Numbered from the stretch's first letter, positions 23,646 through 36,038 are shown. The stretch: 64,000 nt of DNA from Eledone cirrhosa (GCA_964016885.1 OZ024740.1:47802001-47866000), one strand, 5' to 3'. The notes: generated from the sequence alone by a model not told the origin. Translations and numbers: made by a program.

Positions 23646-25260
23646 AGCAAGGATCCATATAAGTGGTTGATAGCTTCAGCTACCTCTTAGGTAACCTAAT
23701 TAGCTGCGGAGGAGACTGATCTGAGAGCATAGAAGCTAGAATAAGAATAGGATGAAAAAGTTCAGGGAGCTACTACCACTGTTAACTATAAAAGGTTTCT
23801 CTCTATGAATGAAAAGCTGGTTGCATGACACCTACATAGGTGTCATGCAACCAGCTCCCTGAACTTTTTCATCCTATTCTTATTCTAGCTTCTATGCTCT
23901 CAGATCAGTCTCCTCCGCAGCTAATTAGGTTACCTAAGAGGTAGCTGAAGCTATCAACCACTTATACGGATCCTTGCTGGGATTGGAAAAAGTTTATTCC
24001 ACTGATGCTCTCACTGCCAATTATCCCTGTGGATCTATTACATACAAAGTCTACATTTTCTGTTAGTTTACCTGCTATCCCACTACACCTCTTGTATACC
24101 CAAGATTTACATTGTATATGTCTTATAGAATTTTCACCTACTCCTTTTCTACATATCAAGCAAGGTCACTTCCCTGATAGAATAAGGGTCTTCTTTCCTA
24201 CTTAGTAAAACTTTACTCTAAGCCCTCTTGATTTTAATTCTGTTTCCAAAGCCAAAATTTCTTCTCTAGCATTTCACAGATTTGGCTATAAGAACTGGGT
24301 CATCAATATACAGAAGTTACCATGGACAGCCAGTCTTAAATTCCTCTATTCTGGCCTGAAAAACTATAATAAACAGGAGTGGGCTGATGACTGAGTCTTG
24401 ATGAACATATTGAATTCCTACCTAAACTCATTACCTACTCTCACCTTACTGACAGCTCCTTTGTACCATTCTTCTACATCTAGTTTCCTTAGTGACCACC
24501 AGATAATGGTACCCTGTTAAAGGTCTTCTCCAGATCAATGAAAGCTAGATATAGTGGTTTACATTTAGCTCAGAACTTCTCTTGTAGTTATCTTACTAAG
24601 AAAAAGGCATCAGTAGTACTCTTGTCTGGCACAAAACCAAACTGAACCTCATCTAATTTAACTCTTTTTCTAATTAGCTGCAAATAAATAAGATTGCTCA
24701 GGGTAGACATGGGCTCCATAAACCATGAGGAAGGCAATCCACCCAGGAGGGCAGTTATTCCGAATAAAATAAGATTGCATGGGGCAGATATGGACTCCAT
24801 AATCCATAGTGACTCCATAATCCATAATCCATAGTGCTGGTGGCATGCAGAAAGTACCCAATCCATGCTGTAAAGTGGTTGGTGGCAGGAAAGGCATTCA
24901 TCCAGAAAACTTTGACTAGCACAATGTATAATATTAAAGATAGCAGGGAGCTAAAAGAGAAGCTTGACAATAGATATAAATAGCATGCAAAGAAGCTGAA
25001 AACTGGAGGTTTGCCAATGTCTTGCGACATAAGGTTCAGAGATGTAAAGTGTTCTACATTGCAAAACAGTGTGTCAGTGAAAGCCAAGATGTTGTTGGGG
25101 AAAAGTGTGTTTGAAATGACACTGGTAGCATTTAGCATCACTGACTCTAAAAAGATAGAGGCCTGGAAATGCTATTATGAGAGGTTGAGAAATGTGGAGA
25201 ATGAGTAGAAGGAAAAGAGATTACCCTCAGCTGACCTTACAGGGGAACCAGCCATTGAAA
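23646..25260. mobile_element. Decayed, rearranged RTE fragments
   Basis: Minus-strand RT remnants at 23853-24685 (CRKGVGENSI..WVYKRCSG; QFGFVP), a fold-back at 23646-23979, and plus-strand RTE pieces at 24830-25260 (AWKCYYERL). Confidence 0.75.
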
Positions 25261-25557
25261 CAGGCTTCAGAGAGATGTTAGTACAGCACGCTTTAACTAT
25301 AGCTTAGTTTTCAGATATTACTGGACATGTAACCTGAAAAACTTGATTTAAAAATTATCAAAAGTTTCAAGTATAAAAAGTATAAAATATTTCTTAAAAT
25401 AACCAAGAATTTGGAAGAATTTAGTAATATAACTGATTTTCTCATTATTAATCCTTTTGTTACTATATTGCTAATAAAAGACACTTACTATGCATTTCAA
25501 ACAATTTTTTAAATAATCAACTTTCCTACTACTAAGCTGGTGTTCCTACACAAAACA

Positions 25558-25751
25558 ATAATTGTGTCTACTTTTGGCACAAGGCCAGCAATTATCCCAG
25601 TGCATTACTGGTACTTTATTTTATCGACTGCGTAAGGATGAAAGGCAAAGTTAACTTCGGCAGAATTTGAATTCAGACCATAAAGGGCTGTAACTCTATG
25701 CTGCAAAGCATGGCATCCGACCCTCTACCAATACTGCCAATCCACCGCCCC
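25558..25751 (-). mobile_element. tRNA/Nin-type SINE
   Basis: Full-length match; flanking duplication TACACAAAACAATAAT. Confidence 0.9.
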
Positions 25752-26709
25752 ATACACAAAACAATAATGGAAGGTCCCTAGAAAATCCGGTGCTGGAGCT
25801 CCCATTGAGGTCTAGTCTTCTTAGATGTTATGTTTGCCATTTCCTGAAATTTAAGGTTACTTGGTTAGAAACTGGAATATACTGTGTCACAAAATGTGTG
25901 CGGGGGCCAGTTTTTTCTTCTTTTTTTTTCAGTTACTCTGCATAACCACCTTAAAACAAACAACATCATAGAACCAATGGCAGCTTTAGGTGGTTTGGTA
26001 TCAGAAGGTTTGAATCCAACTGAATTCATGATTATTTCAAAAAATAATTGAAACACATATGTAATTAGTAATATGATCATGAAAAGGGTTAAACTTGCTT
26101 CTCCTCCTCTAGCTAACATTATACTGCCTTGTTTCTTAGATATCTGTACTAAGCATTATATTGAATCTTTCTTATCAGTCATGCTTTCTCTTCAAGTAAT
26201 AACCTCTATTGATTCAAACTGAACATTAACTCTATTATTAACTTTAAGAAAAAAAAATCAGCTGATATTAATTACTCAGAGACGCCATCCATGGAAAACA
26301 ATAGCTAAGTTATTGTGGGAATACTTAATGTAATGAGCATATCAAAAATTTAATTAGAAATACCTATGTGATGAAGAAAAGACAACGCTAGCCCAATAAC
26401 TAATATTATTTTAATGATTTCAGCAAGTACAGAATCCAGTTATTTCTGTCCTAGCCCAGGGTGGCCAAAAAATAAAATAAAAAAGTTATGGGCATTGCTC
26501 TCGTTCTTCAAACTAAAATAAAAACTACTTAAAAAACTGACATTGCTTTGTATTTTGGAACTTTAATTTTCCGAATAAATACACACATGCAGTGATTTTT
26601 ATTATTATTAGATGCTATTAGTCCTATGTGAATCCTGATTCAGTAGGCTATGTGATCAAAGACATTCCAATTGTGATCATACCATCGTTTGGGGTGTAAC
26701 AGAACTATA

Positions 26710-26865
26710 GGGTGCAAGCATAGCTGTGTTGTTAAGAAGTTTGTTGCTTAATTACATGATTTTAGGCCCAATCCCATTATAGAGCACCTTATTTTCTACC
26801 TTAACCTTGGGTTGACCAAAAGCTTTGAAGGAAAATTTGATAGACGGAAACATTGAAGAAGCCTG
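26710..26865 (+). mobile_element. Decayed second tRNA-derived SINE family
   Basis: Degenerate tRNA-like head and ...aatttgatagacggaaacattgaagaagcctg; related minus-strand piece at about 29830-30030. Confidence 0.5.
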
Positions 26866-27375
26866 CTAGAAAGATCATTCTTGTTCTTGGGTGTCAGACA
26901 TAATCCACCATTCAGTTTAACACTACCATCTGGCCCTTGGATGCACTCTGTTGCAAGCATTTGAGCCAGATCTTTGGCTAGTGTAGTCTTTGGTTTGAGG
27001 ATACCTTCTCTCAGCAGTAATGGAGGCCTTCCTCTGACACAACTATTAAAATAAAAAGAAACAAAAATTATCTGTCTATTTTTTCTTAATACAGTAAAGT
27101 GAAAGTTGAAAGTATCTGGCTTCTATTTCCAGTAGGTGAAGCACCAAAGTAAAGGCTCCCTAATCAGCTCATGTTTATTACTTAATTATTTGGTTGTCTG
27201 TGCAGAAGAGTGTTATCAAATTATTTGACTAAATTATTAAAGAATATGATAGAGAATAAGAATCACAATTAAATAATGTTTTGCATTACTGGCAAAGTTG
27301 AATTTTCCAAAGCTCAAAAATAACTGAATTAATATTATAAATAGAGTCTGATATGTATTTAATTTTTATTATAAG

Positions 27376-27505
27376 TCCCTTTACGATCTGAGTTCAAATC
27401 CGGCCGAGGTTAACTTTGCCTTTCATCCTTACGGGGTCGATAAAATAAAGTACCAGTAATGTACTGGGTAATTGCTAGCCTTGTGCCTAAAATAGAAACA
27501 ATTAT
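27376..27505 (+). mobile_element. 5'-truncated tRNA/Nin-type SINE
   Basis: B box through tail matches the family; a more decayed copy lies at 27722-27860. Confidence 0.85.
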
Positions 27506-28311
27506 AATTCAATGATTCAATTTCATTATAAGAACTCTCACAGAAATGTCTATTTTTGCATACATTTAAACTCAAAAATATACATTAATGAATTAGCATT
27601 GTTAATGTCCTTAGAAAGGAAATGTTTAATGTCTTCTTTTCTCTCTAATAAAAGTCAAATGTTCCTTGTTTACGTAAAGATCAATTTGTATTTCCCAGAA
27701 TAGCAGGATTGTATTTACTTACAGCCTTTTATGTTCTGAGTTCAAATACTGTTTAAGTTAATTTTGCCTTCATCTTTCTGGATAAGTATTGGAGTTAATT
27801 TAATCAACTACACCCCACTTTAAAAATGTAGCCATTTGTCAATTCAAGACATCAATATTTCCTTAATACAGTAGATTGATCCAGTAGGTACAGAACCATA
27901 CTAGATGTCCTCATAGGTTAATACAGAGATAACCAGCTCAAGCTAATACAGTTAATGTTCAGTTTGAATTGATAGATAGTTGTTGTTATTATTATTTACT
28001 ATCAGACCAGCCCCTACGAATACTGATGAAGTAGACCTGTTATTGTCCAGTAGAAGTGATTAACTTACCTAAAGCTGTAGGGAAGAACATCTAGAATGAA
28101 AACACTGCAAAACCTACTGCTTTTGTATCTTCCCAAACAATAAACTTTTATTCATACTCCTTCACATAAATTCACTCCACTATGTAACAAAGAGTTTTCT
28201 TTAAAAGTATTGTCAGGACCGACTCACATGTTTCAGATCCAATACACCAATGGTTCAGTGAATTTTGCAAGCCATTAAAGCATTTATTTGATTTTACAAA
28301 AGGAACATATA

Positions 28312-29634
28312 CGAGGTGCGTTAAAAAAGTATCCAACATTTTTTCCTGCCAAAACTAATGCTGCATGGGCAAAATCCTTTGGGTGGAAGGTAATGCCTCT
28401 TTTCGCACCAGTAGGCCACATTAGTTCCCAGCTGTAACACCTAGAGTACAGACATATAGAGCACGCTTGTCAGATTTTCATTTTCCTGCAGATAACAGAA
28501 CGCATCGAACAGAGATATTACATTAAGTTTGGCTAAAAGCTTGGTGGTTCTCAAGCTCAAACTATCTACAAAATTTAGCAGGCCTTTGGTGGTGATGCCA
28601 TGTACATAACTCAGATCAATGAGTGGTACAACTGCTTCAAACATTGCTACACTTCAGTGGAGAGCGAGGCATACTCAGGCAGGCCATTCACAAGCCGAAA
28701 CGAGGAGCTAATTGAGAAGTCATAGAAGACCATAGTGTAACAATCCATGAAATTGCTCACAAAGTAGGAATAAGCACAAGATCAGTGCATTCCATTTTGA
28801 CGAAGGATTTGTGCATGTTGAGAGTGTCGGTGAAATTCATCCCCAAGATGCTGGCAGAGCAGCAGAAGCAATTCTACATGGAAAACGGTCAGGACATGCT
28901 GGACTGTGCAAACCATGACCCAGACGTCATGAAGACCATCATCACTGGTAATGAGACATGGGTTTATGGTTATGAACCAGAAACTAAATTCCAGTCCTCG
29001 CAATGGAAGCATCCATCAACACCAAGGCCCCAAAAAGCATGACAGGTTTGCAGCAATGTGAAGGTAATGACGACCTGTTTCTTTGACTCCTGTAGTATGG
29101 TGCATCATTAATATGCACCACAAGGCCACACAATTAATAAGAAATACTACCTGGAATATGTTGCCTTTGTGATGTTGTGCGTCGAAAGCAGCTGGATATG
29201 TGGCGGCGAAGAATTGACAACTTCACGTCAATGTGCCCGCTCTTCTGCCCACATAATCCAAGCTTTCCTGGTCAAGGACAACACACTACTTGTTAGCAGG
29301 CTCTCTACTCTCTTAATTTGACACTGTGTGACTTCTGGCTTTTCCCTAATCTGAAAACCACGCTCAAAGGGAAGTGATTTGAGTCGCGAGTGGAAATTAT
29401 GAGAAAAGCTACAGTGGATCTTTATAGCATTAGAGAAAGCATATCAGAGCTATTACCAGCATGGCAGAACTGCTGAGAGAAGTGTGTGAACTCCTGAGGG
29501 GGAATATTTTGAAGGTGATTAAAGAAAATTTGTGAAATGTACAAAATTGTTTTTTTATACCCGCACAACCCTCTCAGAACGAGTGGGCCAAGAAGAAGAT
29601 ACCCAAAGGTTGAATACTTTTTGAATGCCCCTCG
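28312..29634 (+). mobile_element. Full-length decayed mariner transposon
   Basis: TIRs CGAGGTGCGTTAAAAAAGTATCCAAC / GTTGAATACTTTTTGAATGCCCCTCG, TA flanks; IITGNETWVYGYEPETK.QSSQW and YS..L..CDFWLFP motifs with stops and frameshifts. Confidence 0.93.
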
Positions 29635-30030
29635 TATATATGTCCATTGCATTCATATATGCATAAATACACTTACATAAATACTTATACATAAAGGCTT
29701 GAATGATCACAACTTAAACAAGAGAGGTTCATTACTTTTTTAGTAATTCCTTTTTATTCTAGGATAATAAAAATTTACAAAAACTTCTTGAAATTTAAGG
29801 GGCAAACGGATGTGGTAAGGATATTAGAGAACACAAGGTCTCCATCAGTTGTTTGATCATTGGAACAGCCTACTGATGAAACTGCATATTCCACAGACAC
29901 ATGTACCCCTAACAGAGTTCTCAGGAAAATTCAGCATTAGTAGGTGACAAGGCTGGCCTTTTGAATTACAGGTACAGTCCATCCAACAGGCTTCCAAACA
30001 GTTTCCATCTACCTAATTTCATTCACAAAT

Positions 30031-30224
30031 GGGCGGTGGATTGGCAGTATCGGTAGAGGGTCGGACGCCATTCTTTGACGCATAGAGTTACGGCCCTTGC
30101 CATTCTGAGTTCAAATCCCGCCGAGGTTAACTTTGCCTTTCATCCTTATGGGGTCGATAAAATAAAGTACCAGTAATACACTGGATAATTGCTGGCCTTG
30201 TGCCAAAAGTAGAAACAATTATTT
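30031..30224 (+). mobile_element. tRNA/Nin-type SINE
   Basis: Full-length match to family. Confidence 0.9.
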
Positions 30225-31479
30225 AACCTGATGAAGAATTGTGAGGTGGTGTCGTAATTTTTTCAAACCTTTCTAGACTGCTAATGTTGATATTTTTAAT
30301 ATTCTATTTGAACATCTGCATGGGCAGAAAATGTGGGAGGGGGAAGAATAGCTAATGATTGGAATTTAGTGCATGTTTTGAAAGATTAGATACACTGGGA
30401 AGGTCTGGGAAGAAAAATAGACATGGACAGACGATTGGCTTCAGTAGAAGTAGTATGCAACTTACTATTGCATAGAAGCAGAAGTGCTTATAGTAGCAGT
30501 AGAAGAGATAAAGAGAATAAACAACATGTCAGTAGAATAGTGGTCATATTGATAAGGAAATATTTGTAAATTCACAAAATAATATTTTTTATACACTCTG
30601 GAATGTTTGGGAGTGTAACTGCAGAGTCCAAGATAAATGCATTTTAGTTTTATTCAGGAACAAAAATTAAATTAACTAGCAAATAGTTTTATCGCCCAAC
30701 ATGGCTGAATACAAAAAAATGTAAATCTGAGTTTTTCGAATATTAATAATAATATTCGATTCGTTTGCAATTATGCAAACAGCCTCTTAAGTCATGTCAG
30801 TAGAATGACTCTGACATTCTTGCTCTTGTGTTGGCATATAAACAGAACGGCAAACACTAATGTTTCTGAGTTATTGCCCTTCATCAGTACAGTATACTGT
30901 TTACCTGCCAACTGTCAGAGCTAGTGAAATATATTTTCTGGAATATGAATTAAATTATTTGTTTAAATACATACAATGTACATTACATGAAGTAATACTC
31001 AGAACAAAAACTAACATCTATATAATGTGTTTAGATGGTTAATTTGTTGTTGTTTAACTCTAGGCTAGTTAACAGACATACGATCAAAAGTGTCTAGGAT
31101 TACATTAACCATTAAGTTACCCCACTTTTTTTTAAAGACACCCGGGTGTGATTTAAGGAAAACTTAGCTGTTAGTTACAGCAGGACAATAAACCGTGTAG
31201 AGGCTTTTTCGTTAGTTCGTGTTTAGTTTAGAAGTACCACGGGAGTTACCTCCCTTCGTCAATAAAAAAACTATAGTCATAACTACATATAGTTCAAAAC
31301 TACTAAACATTGCAATATATCAATCAATACAGGAATTTTCCATGGGAGTTTAGTTCTTGTTGTTATATCGCTGTCCGCTTTTTACATTTTATCTTGCCGT
31401 GAAATTTATCGACTGGTGTTGCTTTCGGACAATGCCGACGATAAATTCCTATAAATATCTAAAGGTCATAATTATTTTA

Positions 31480-31832
31480 TTCATAGTTGTATAAAAAAAA
31501 CATAATAATATACTGCTTACTGAACGAAAATACAAACGAATATTATATATACAAAGGGAAGGGAAGGGAAAAAAGAGAAAGTAAACACACAAGCAGGTAA
31601 TACACACATCTAGGGCCACGTACAACAAAGGGCAAGCGAAAGGGGTGGACAAATGAGCCGCTACCAGAGTAAAAGATAACAGTATTGCGAGGAACACTAG
31701 GAAACCTTTCTAATAATTTTTTAGGCAAGCCAGCACGCTCGCAGCGTTACCTTGGGTGATGGCGAGGCTGATACACTGAAACAACCAAGCACTCTCACGA
31801 GCATCACCAGTTACCTCTGTTAGGCGAGCCAT
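31480..31832 (-). mobile_element. CRE-clade 3' fragment
   Basis: ARLTEVTGDARESAWLFQCISLAITQGNAASVLACL followed by a pyrimidine-rich 3' UTR. Confidence 0.7.
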
Positions 31833-32186
31833 ATTGATAAATTCTTTTTTGTTTTCAATATTTGCATGAACATTCTTAATAGTGTCTTCATTATATTCCT
31901 TCTCGTAAATTTTACCTTTAAAAAACATTTATGACGGGCGCGGCTCATTATGTTTTTATTTCGTGAGCGCACTTTCTTTTATCGAATTTATTTGAATTTA
32001 TTAAAATTACATGTGAGATAACTGTAAAGTTTTTTTTTAATATTATAAATCTAATATCGGTAAATCCTGGTACAATAAACATGCACTGAATAAAGAAGTC
32101 AATTCTGTTTTGAGATGTTAAGATGTTAGTAGCAACGAAGCCTCGAAATAAACATCTATGTATGTATGTATGTATGTATGTATGTA

Positions 32187-32815
32187 CTGGTTTTATAATT
32201 TCACAAAGTTTTCTCAATAGAGAGAGAGTCGGTTTCTAACATAGACACAAGACTCTCTCATTGGAATTTACACAACATCAACTAGGTAGATATGTATGTA
32301 TGTCTGCATGCAAGCATGTGTAGATATGGATGTTATTGTATGTGTGGATGTGTATGTTTTGAGTTGTATGTGTGCATGTGTATATGCTTTGTATCTGTAC
32401 ATGTGTATATGCAGCTATTAGATGCAAAATTTTTGGAATGTTTTACATAATTTTACTGTTCCATTAATTGATTGTACTTGTAATTTCCTAACTAGTTGTG
32501 TTCTTTCTGTTCCTGTGAAGCCTAGCTTCTCAAGATTTGTATTGGGGCAGTTACTAACATATCCCAGTGCCCCAATAATCACAGGCATAAATCTGAATGT
32601 GTAATCAGGGTGGAGTATCTGCAGATTTCTCATCAGTTCTGCATAAATATTCTCCTTTTCACTAATCTTTGATATTATATTGGCATCTGCTGGGCAGCTA
32701 ATTTCCACTACTGTGCATGTTTTCTTCTCCCTGTCCCATATCATAATATCTGGTCTGTTATGCCTGCATTTTATTGGGGTTTTTACTGGAACATTCCACC
32801 AGTACTCTTTCATAT

Positions 32816-32817
<2 letters not shown>
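32187..32817 (-). mobile_element. R4/Dong-like REL retroelement 3' end (D1)
   Basis: HNRPDIMIWD..CTVVEISCP...K..EK...Y..L...PVIIGALG; (TATG)n on both sides. Confidence 0.88.
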
Positions 32818-32849
<32 letters not shown>

Positions 32850-32879
32850 TGTATGTATGTATGTATGTATGTATGTATG

Positions 32880-33483
32880 GTCACCAGTTGGTGCTACTGG
32901 TAACATGTATTCCAGTACAACCTGTCCCATGGTCGGGTCGTTGGCGACTAAACTGGCAACCCCACCAAGGTTTCTTGGTGAGGAGGGTGATTTGGGACAT
33001 CCTGCAGGACTAAAAACAAAACCTCTCAAAGGGCAAAAGAGCTCTTAAGAGTCAATGGCCATCCAAAATCACCAGGAGAGATGACCCCTTAGCCTTTGTC
33101 AAGGCAGAATTCTAGGAGAAGGAAAACTCTGATATAACACCTGCAACCCTGATGGTATCCAATGATGTTGACTTGTTCTTCTTTTTGGTAAATATCATCT
33201 TAGTTAACAGAGTGGGACTGGCTTTGTGCAGTGCCTTTGCTCACTATAAAAGCTTCACGGCACAGGCATTGCTTTATATCTGGAGATCTCTCTGCACTTG
33301 TCGTCACATGGTACCATGGGCCCAGCACTATGTGTCAATAATTGTCACAAGTGCAGTGTTTGTACCAGAGTTTTCAAGTCGCTGGCTGGACTAAAAAGTC
33401 ACACTCGTTCTGTGTATCGGTAGGGGTTCTCCTACATGGATATAAAGTAGTGGCCGTACTCGAAAACGAGTTGGCAGCCACCA
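32880..33483 (+). mobile_element. Bipartite non-autonomous RTE derivative (N1), (TATG)n tail
   Basis: Last ~185 bp matches the 3' end of the RTE at 52918-53079; 5' part resembles an RTE 5' UTR (CTAGGAGAAGGAAAACTCTGA); four copies in the window. Confidence 0.82.
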
Positions 33484-33509
33484 TGTATGTATGTATGTAT
33501 GTATGTATG

Positions 33510-34308
33510 TTCTGGTTTTATAATTTCACAAAGTTTTACCAATAGAGAGAGAGTCGGTTTCTAACACAGACACAAGGCTCTCTCATTGGAATTTACGCAA
33601 TATCAACTAGGTAGATATGTATGTATGCATGCATGTGTAGATATGGATGTTAATGTATGTGTGGATGTGTATGTTTTGAGTTGTATGTGTGCATGTGTAT
33701 ATGCTTTGTATCTGTACATGTGTATATGCAGTTATTAGATGCAAAATTTTGTAATGTTTTACATATTTTTACTGTTCCATTAATGGATTGTACTTGTAGT
33801 TTCCTAACTAGTTGTGTTCTTTCTCTTCCTGTGAAGCCTAGCTTCTCAAGATTTGTATTGAGGCAGTTACTAACATATCCCAGTGCCCCAATAATCACAG
33901 GCATAAATCTGAAGGTATAATCAGGATGGAGTATCTGCAGATTTCTCATCAGTCCTGCATAAATATTCTCCTTTTCACTAATCTTTGATATTATATTGGC
34001 ATCTGTTGGGCAGCTAATTTCCACTACTGTGCATGTTTTCTTCTCCCTGTCCCATATCATAATATCCTGGTCTGTTATGCCTGCATTTTATTGGGGTTTT
34101 TACTGGAACATTCCACCAGTACGCTTTCATATTATGTACATGGATGTCTTCCACATTGTTGTAGCTTTTAATGTGTTTATTATCGGGGCTATCTTTTTTA
34201 CGAACTGCATTGTACAGTGTTTTGGCCACTATATCATGCCTCATAGGTAGATAGTACCGCGATGACATCTTTGGACAGCTGCAGATGACATGGGTGATAT
34301 CCTCGATA
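33510..34308 (-). mobile_element. R4/Dong-like 3' end (D2)
   Basis: EDITHVICSCP...RHD, REL motifs, shared 3' UTR; TATG on both flanks. Confidence 0.88.
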
Positions 34309-34404
34309 TGTATGTATGTATGTATGTATGTATGATGGAAGGTTCTCCAGAAACTTGGTTGCCCTGATAAGTTCCTTGCTATAGTTAGGTCTTTCCATGA
34401 CGAC

Positions 34405-35832
34405 ATGAAGGCTTGGGTTAATGTCGGAGGTAACATGTCGGAGCCTATCTCAGTAAAAAATGGAGTGAAACAGGGGGATATTCCAGCACCGACCCTGTTT
34501 GCCATATACTTTGCAATGGTTTTCTGTATTGCATTCAGGAATTGCGAGCATGGTGTTTACATCCGATATCGAACCTCAGGCAGCATATTTAACATCAGGC
34601 GCTTTGCTGCAAAGACAAAAGTATTTACATCAATCATAAGAGACCTCTTGAATGCAGATGATTGCGATCTTGTAGCGCACACAGAGAGTGATATGCAGCA
34701 CATTTTGAATGCATTTTCTGATGCTTGCACTGCCCTAGGATTGACTGTCAGTCTCAAGAAAACCGTCGTCATGTACCAACCTGCCCCTGGTAAGCAGTAC
34801 ACTGAACCAAATATCTATGTGTGTGGTAAACGACTTGGAGTGGTTGATCAGTTTGTCTACCTGGGAAGCACTGTCAATCGATACAGCAACCTTGACAGTG
34901 AAATCTCACTTAGGATTAGGAAAGCAAGTGATGCTTTCGGAAAGCTAGAAAGGCGACTCTGGGGTCGGCGAGACATATGCAGGAGGACAAAGGTAAAGGT
35001 GTACAGGGCATGTGTGCTCTCTTGTCTTCTTTATGCCTGCGAGATCTGGGTCACATATCGACACCACCTTAAACAATTGGAGTGTTTCCATCAGATGTGT
35101 CTCAGACGGATCCATGGCGTTCACTGGAGGGATCACATCAGTGATGTCGAGATTTTGGAAAGCTCTATGTGTGACAGTATAGAAGCTCTTGTGCTTAAGC
35201 AACGACTCCGTTCGAGTGGTCACCTTGCCAGGATGAAGGATTCTAGAATACCAAAACAACTCTTTTATGGAGAGTTGGTTAAAGGAAAACGACCGCCACA
35301 TAAACCAAAAAAGAGGTATAAGGATTCCTTGAAAGCCTCTTTGAAAGACGCTAACATCTCTGCTGATACATGGGAGAATATTGCTGCTGATCGTAATAAA
35401 TGGAGAAAGACTGTATATGAGGGAAAAGTTGCCTTTGAGGCATCTCGAATCGCATACGAGAAAGTAAAGCGGGATGTGAGGAAGGGCATTGCTGTTGCAC
35501 TTCCAGACGGCGAGGGTCCTCCTATGGTGCTGACATGCAGCGTTTGTGCGAGACTCTGCCTAAGCAAAGCTGGACTCGAAAGTCATCTTCGCAGTCATAA
35601 AGTAAGACCAGTGGTTGACTAACAGGCTGCTGTTGGAGATGCTACTCATCATGCTTGCCAAACATGTGGTAGAGAATGTAAATCAGCAGGAGGGCTCAAG
35701 CGACATGCAAAAGTACACGAACTCCAGTCACAGCCGACTATTCCCAGTGAATGTTTTGGTTGCCGACTCTGTGCAAGACATTTTAGATCATTGGCTGGGC
35801 TAAAAAGCCACATTCGATCGCAGAGCTGTTAG
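34405..35832 (+). pseudogene. RTE RT C-terminal half plus three C2H2 zinc fingers
   Basis: GVKQGDIPAPTLF, LLNADD, FVYLGS, RIPKQLFYGEL; CSVC..HLRSH, then after a frameshift CQTC..HAKVH and CRLC..SHIRS. Confidence 0.88.
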
Positions 35833-36007
35833 TTGCTATCGTGTGTGTGTGTGTGTGTAGATATGCTTATGTGTGTGCGTGCGTGTGTATATATATATGT
35901 ATATGTATATTATTATTGTTGTTGTCATTATTATTATTGTTGTTATGATTATTATTATTATTATTGATATTAATGTATGTGTGTGTGTATATGTGTGTGT
36001 ATATGTG

Positions 36008-36038
<31 letters not shown>

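Noticed and set aside
25865-26119. 84-aa hydrophobic ORF as host gene
   Set aside because: No recognisable domain and weak splice context on that strand.
30031-30125. tRNA genes at SINE heads
   Set aside because: A and B boxes run into SINE body and tail; no complete cloverleaf.
32879-33020. HDV-like ribozyme fold (GGTCACC/GGTGAYT as P1, CTAA as J4/2)
   Set aside because: No consistent P2, P3 or P1.1 could be built; the twister arrangement fits better.
32418-33029. Recurrent fusion ORF MxGFVFSPAG...HTYI...RPDI (also 44808-45278) as a new protein
   Set aside because: Read-through of antisense N sequence and stop-free CATA repeats into truncated REL; junctions differ between copies.
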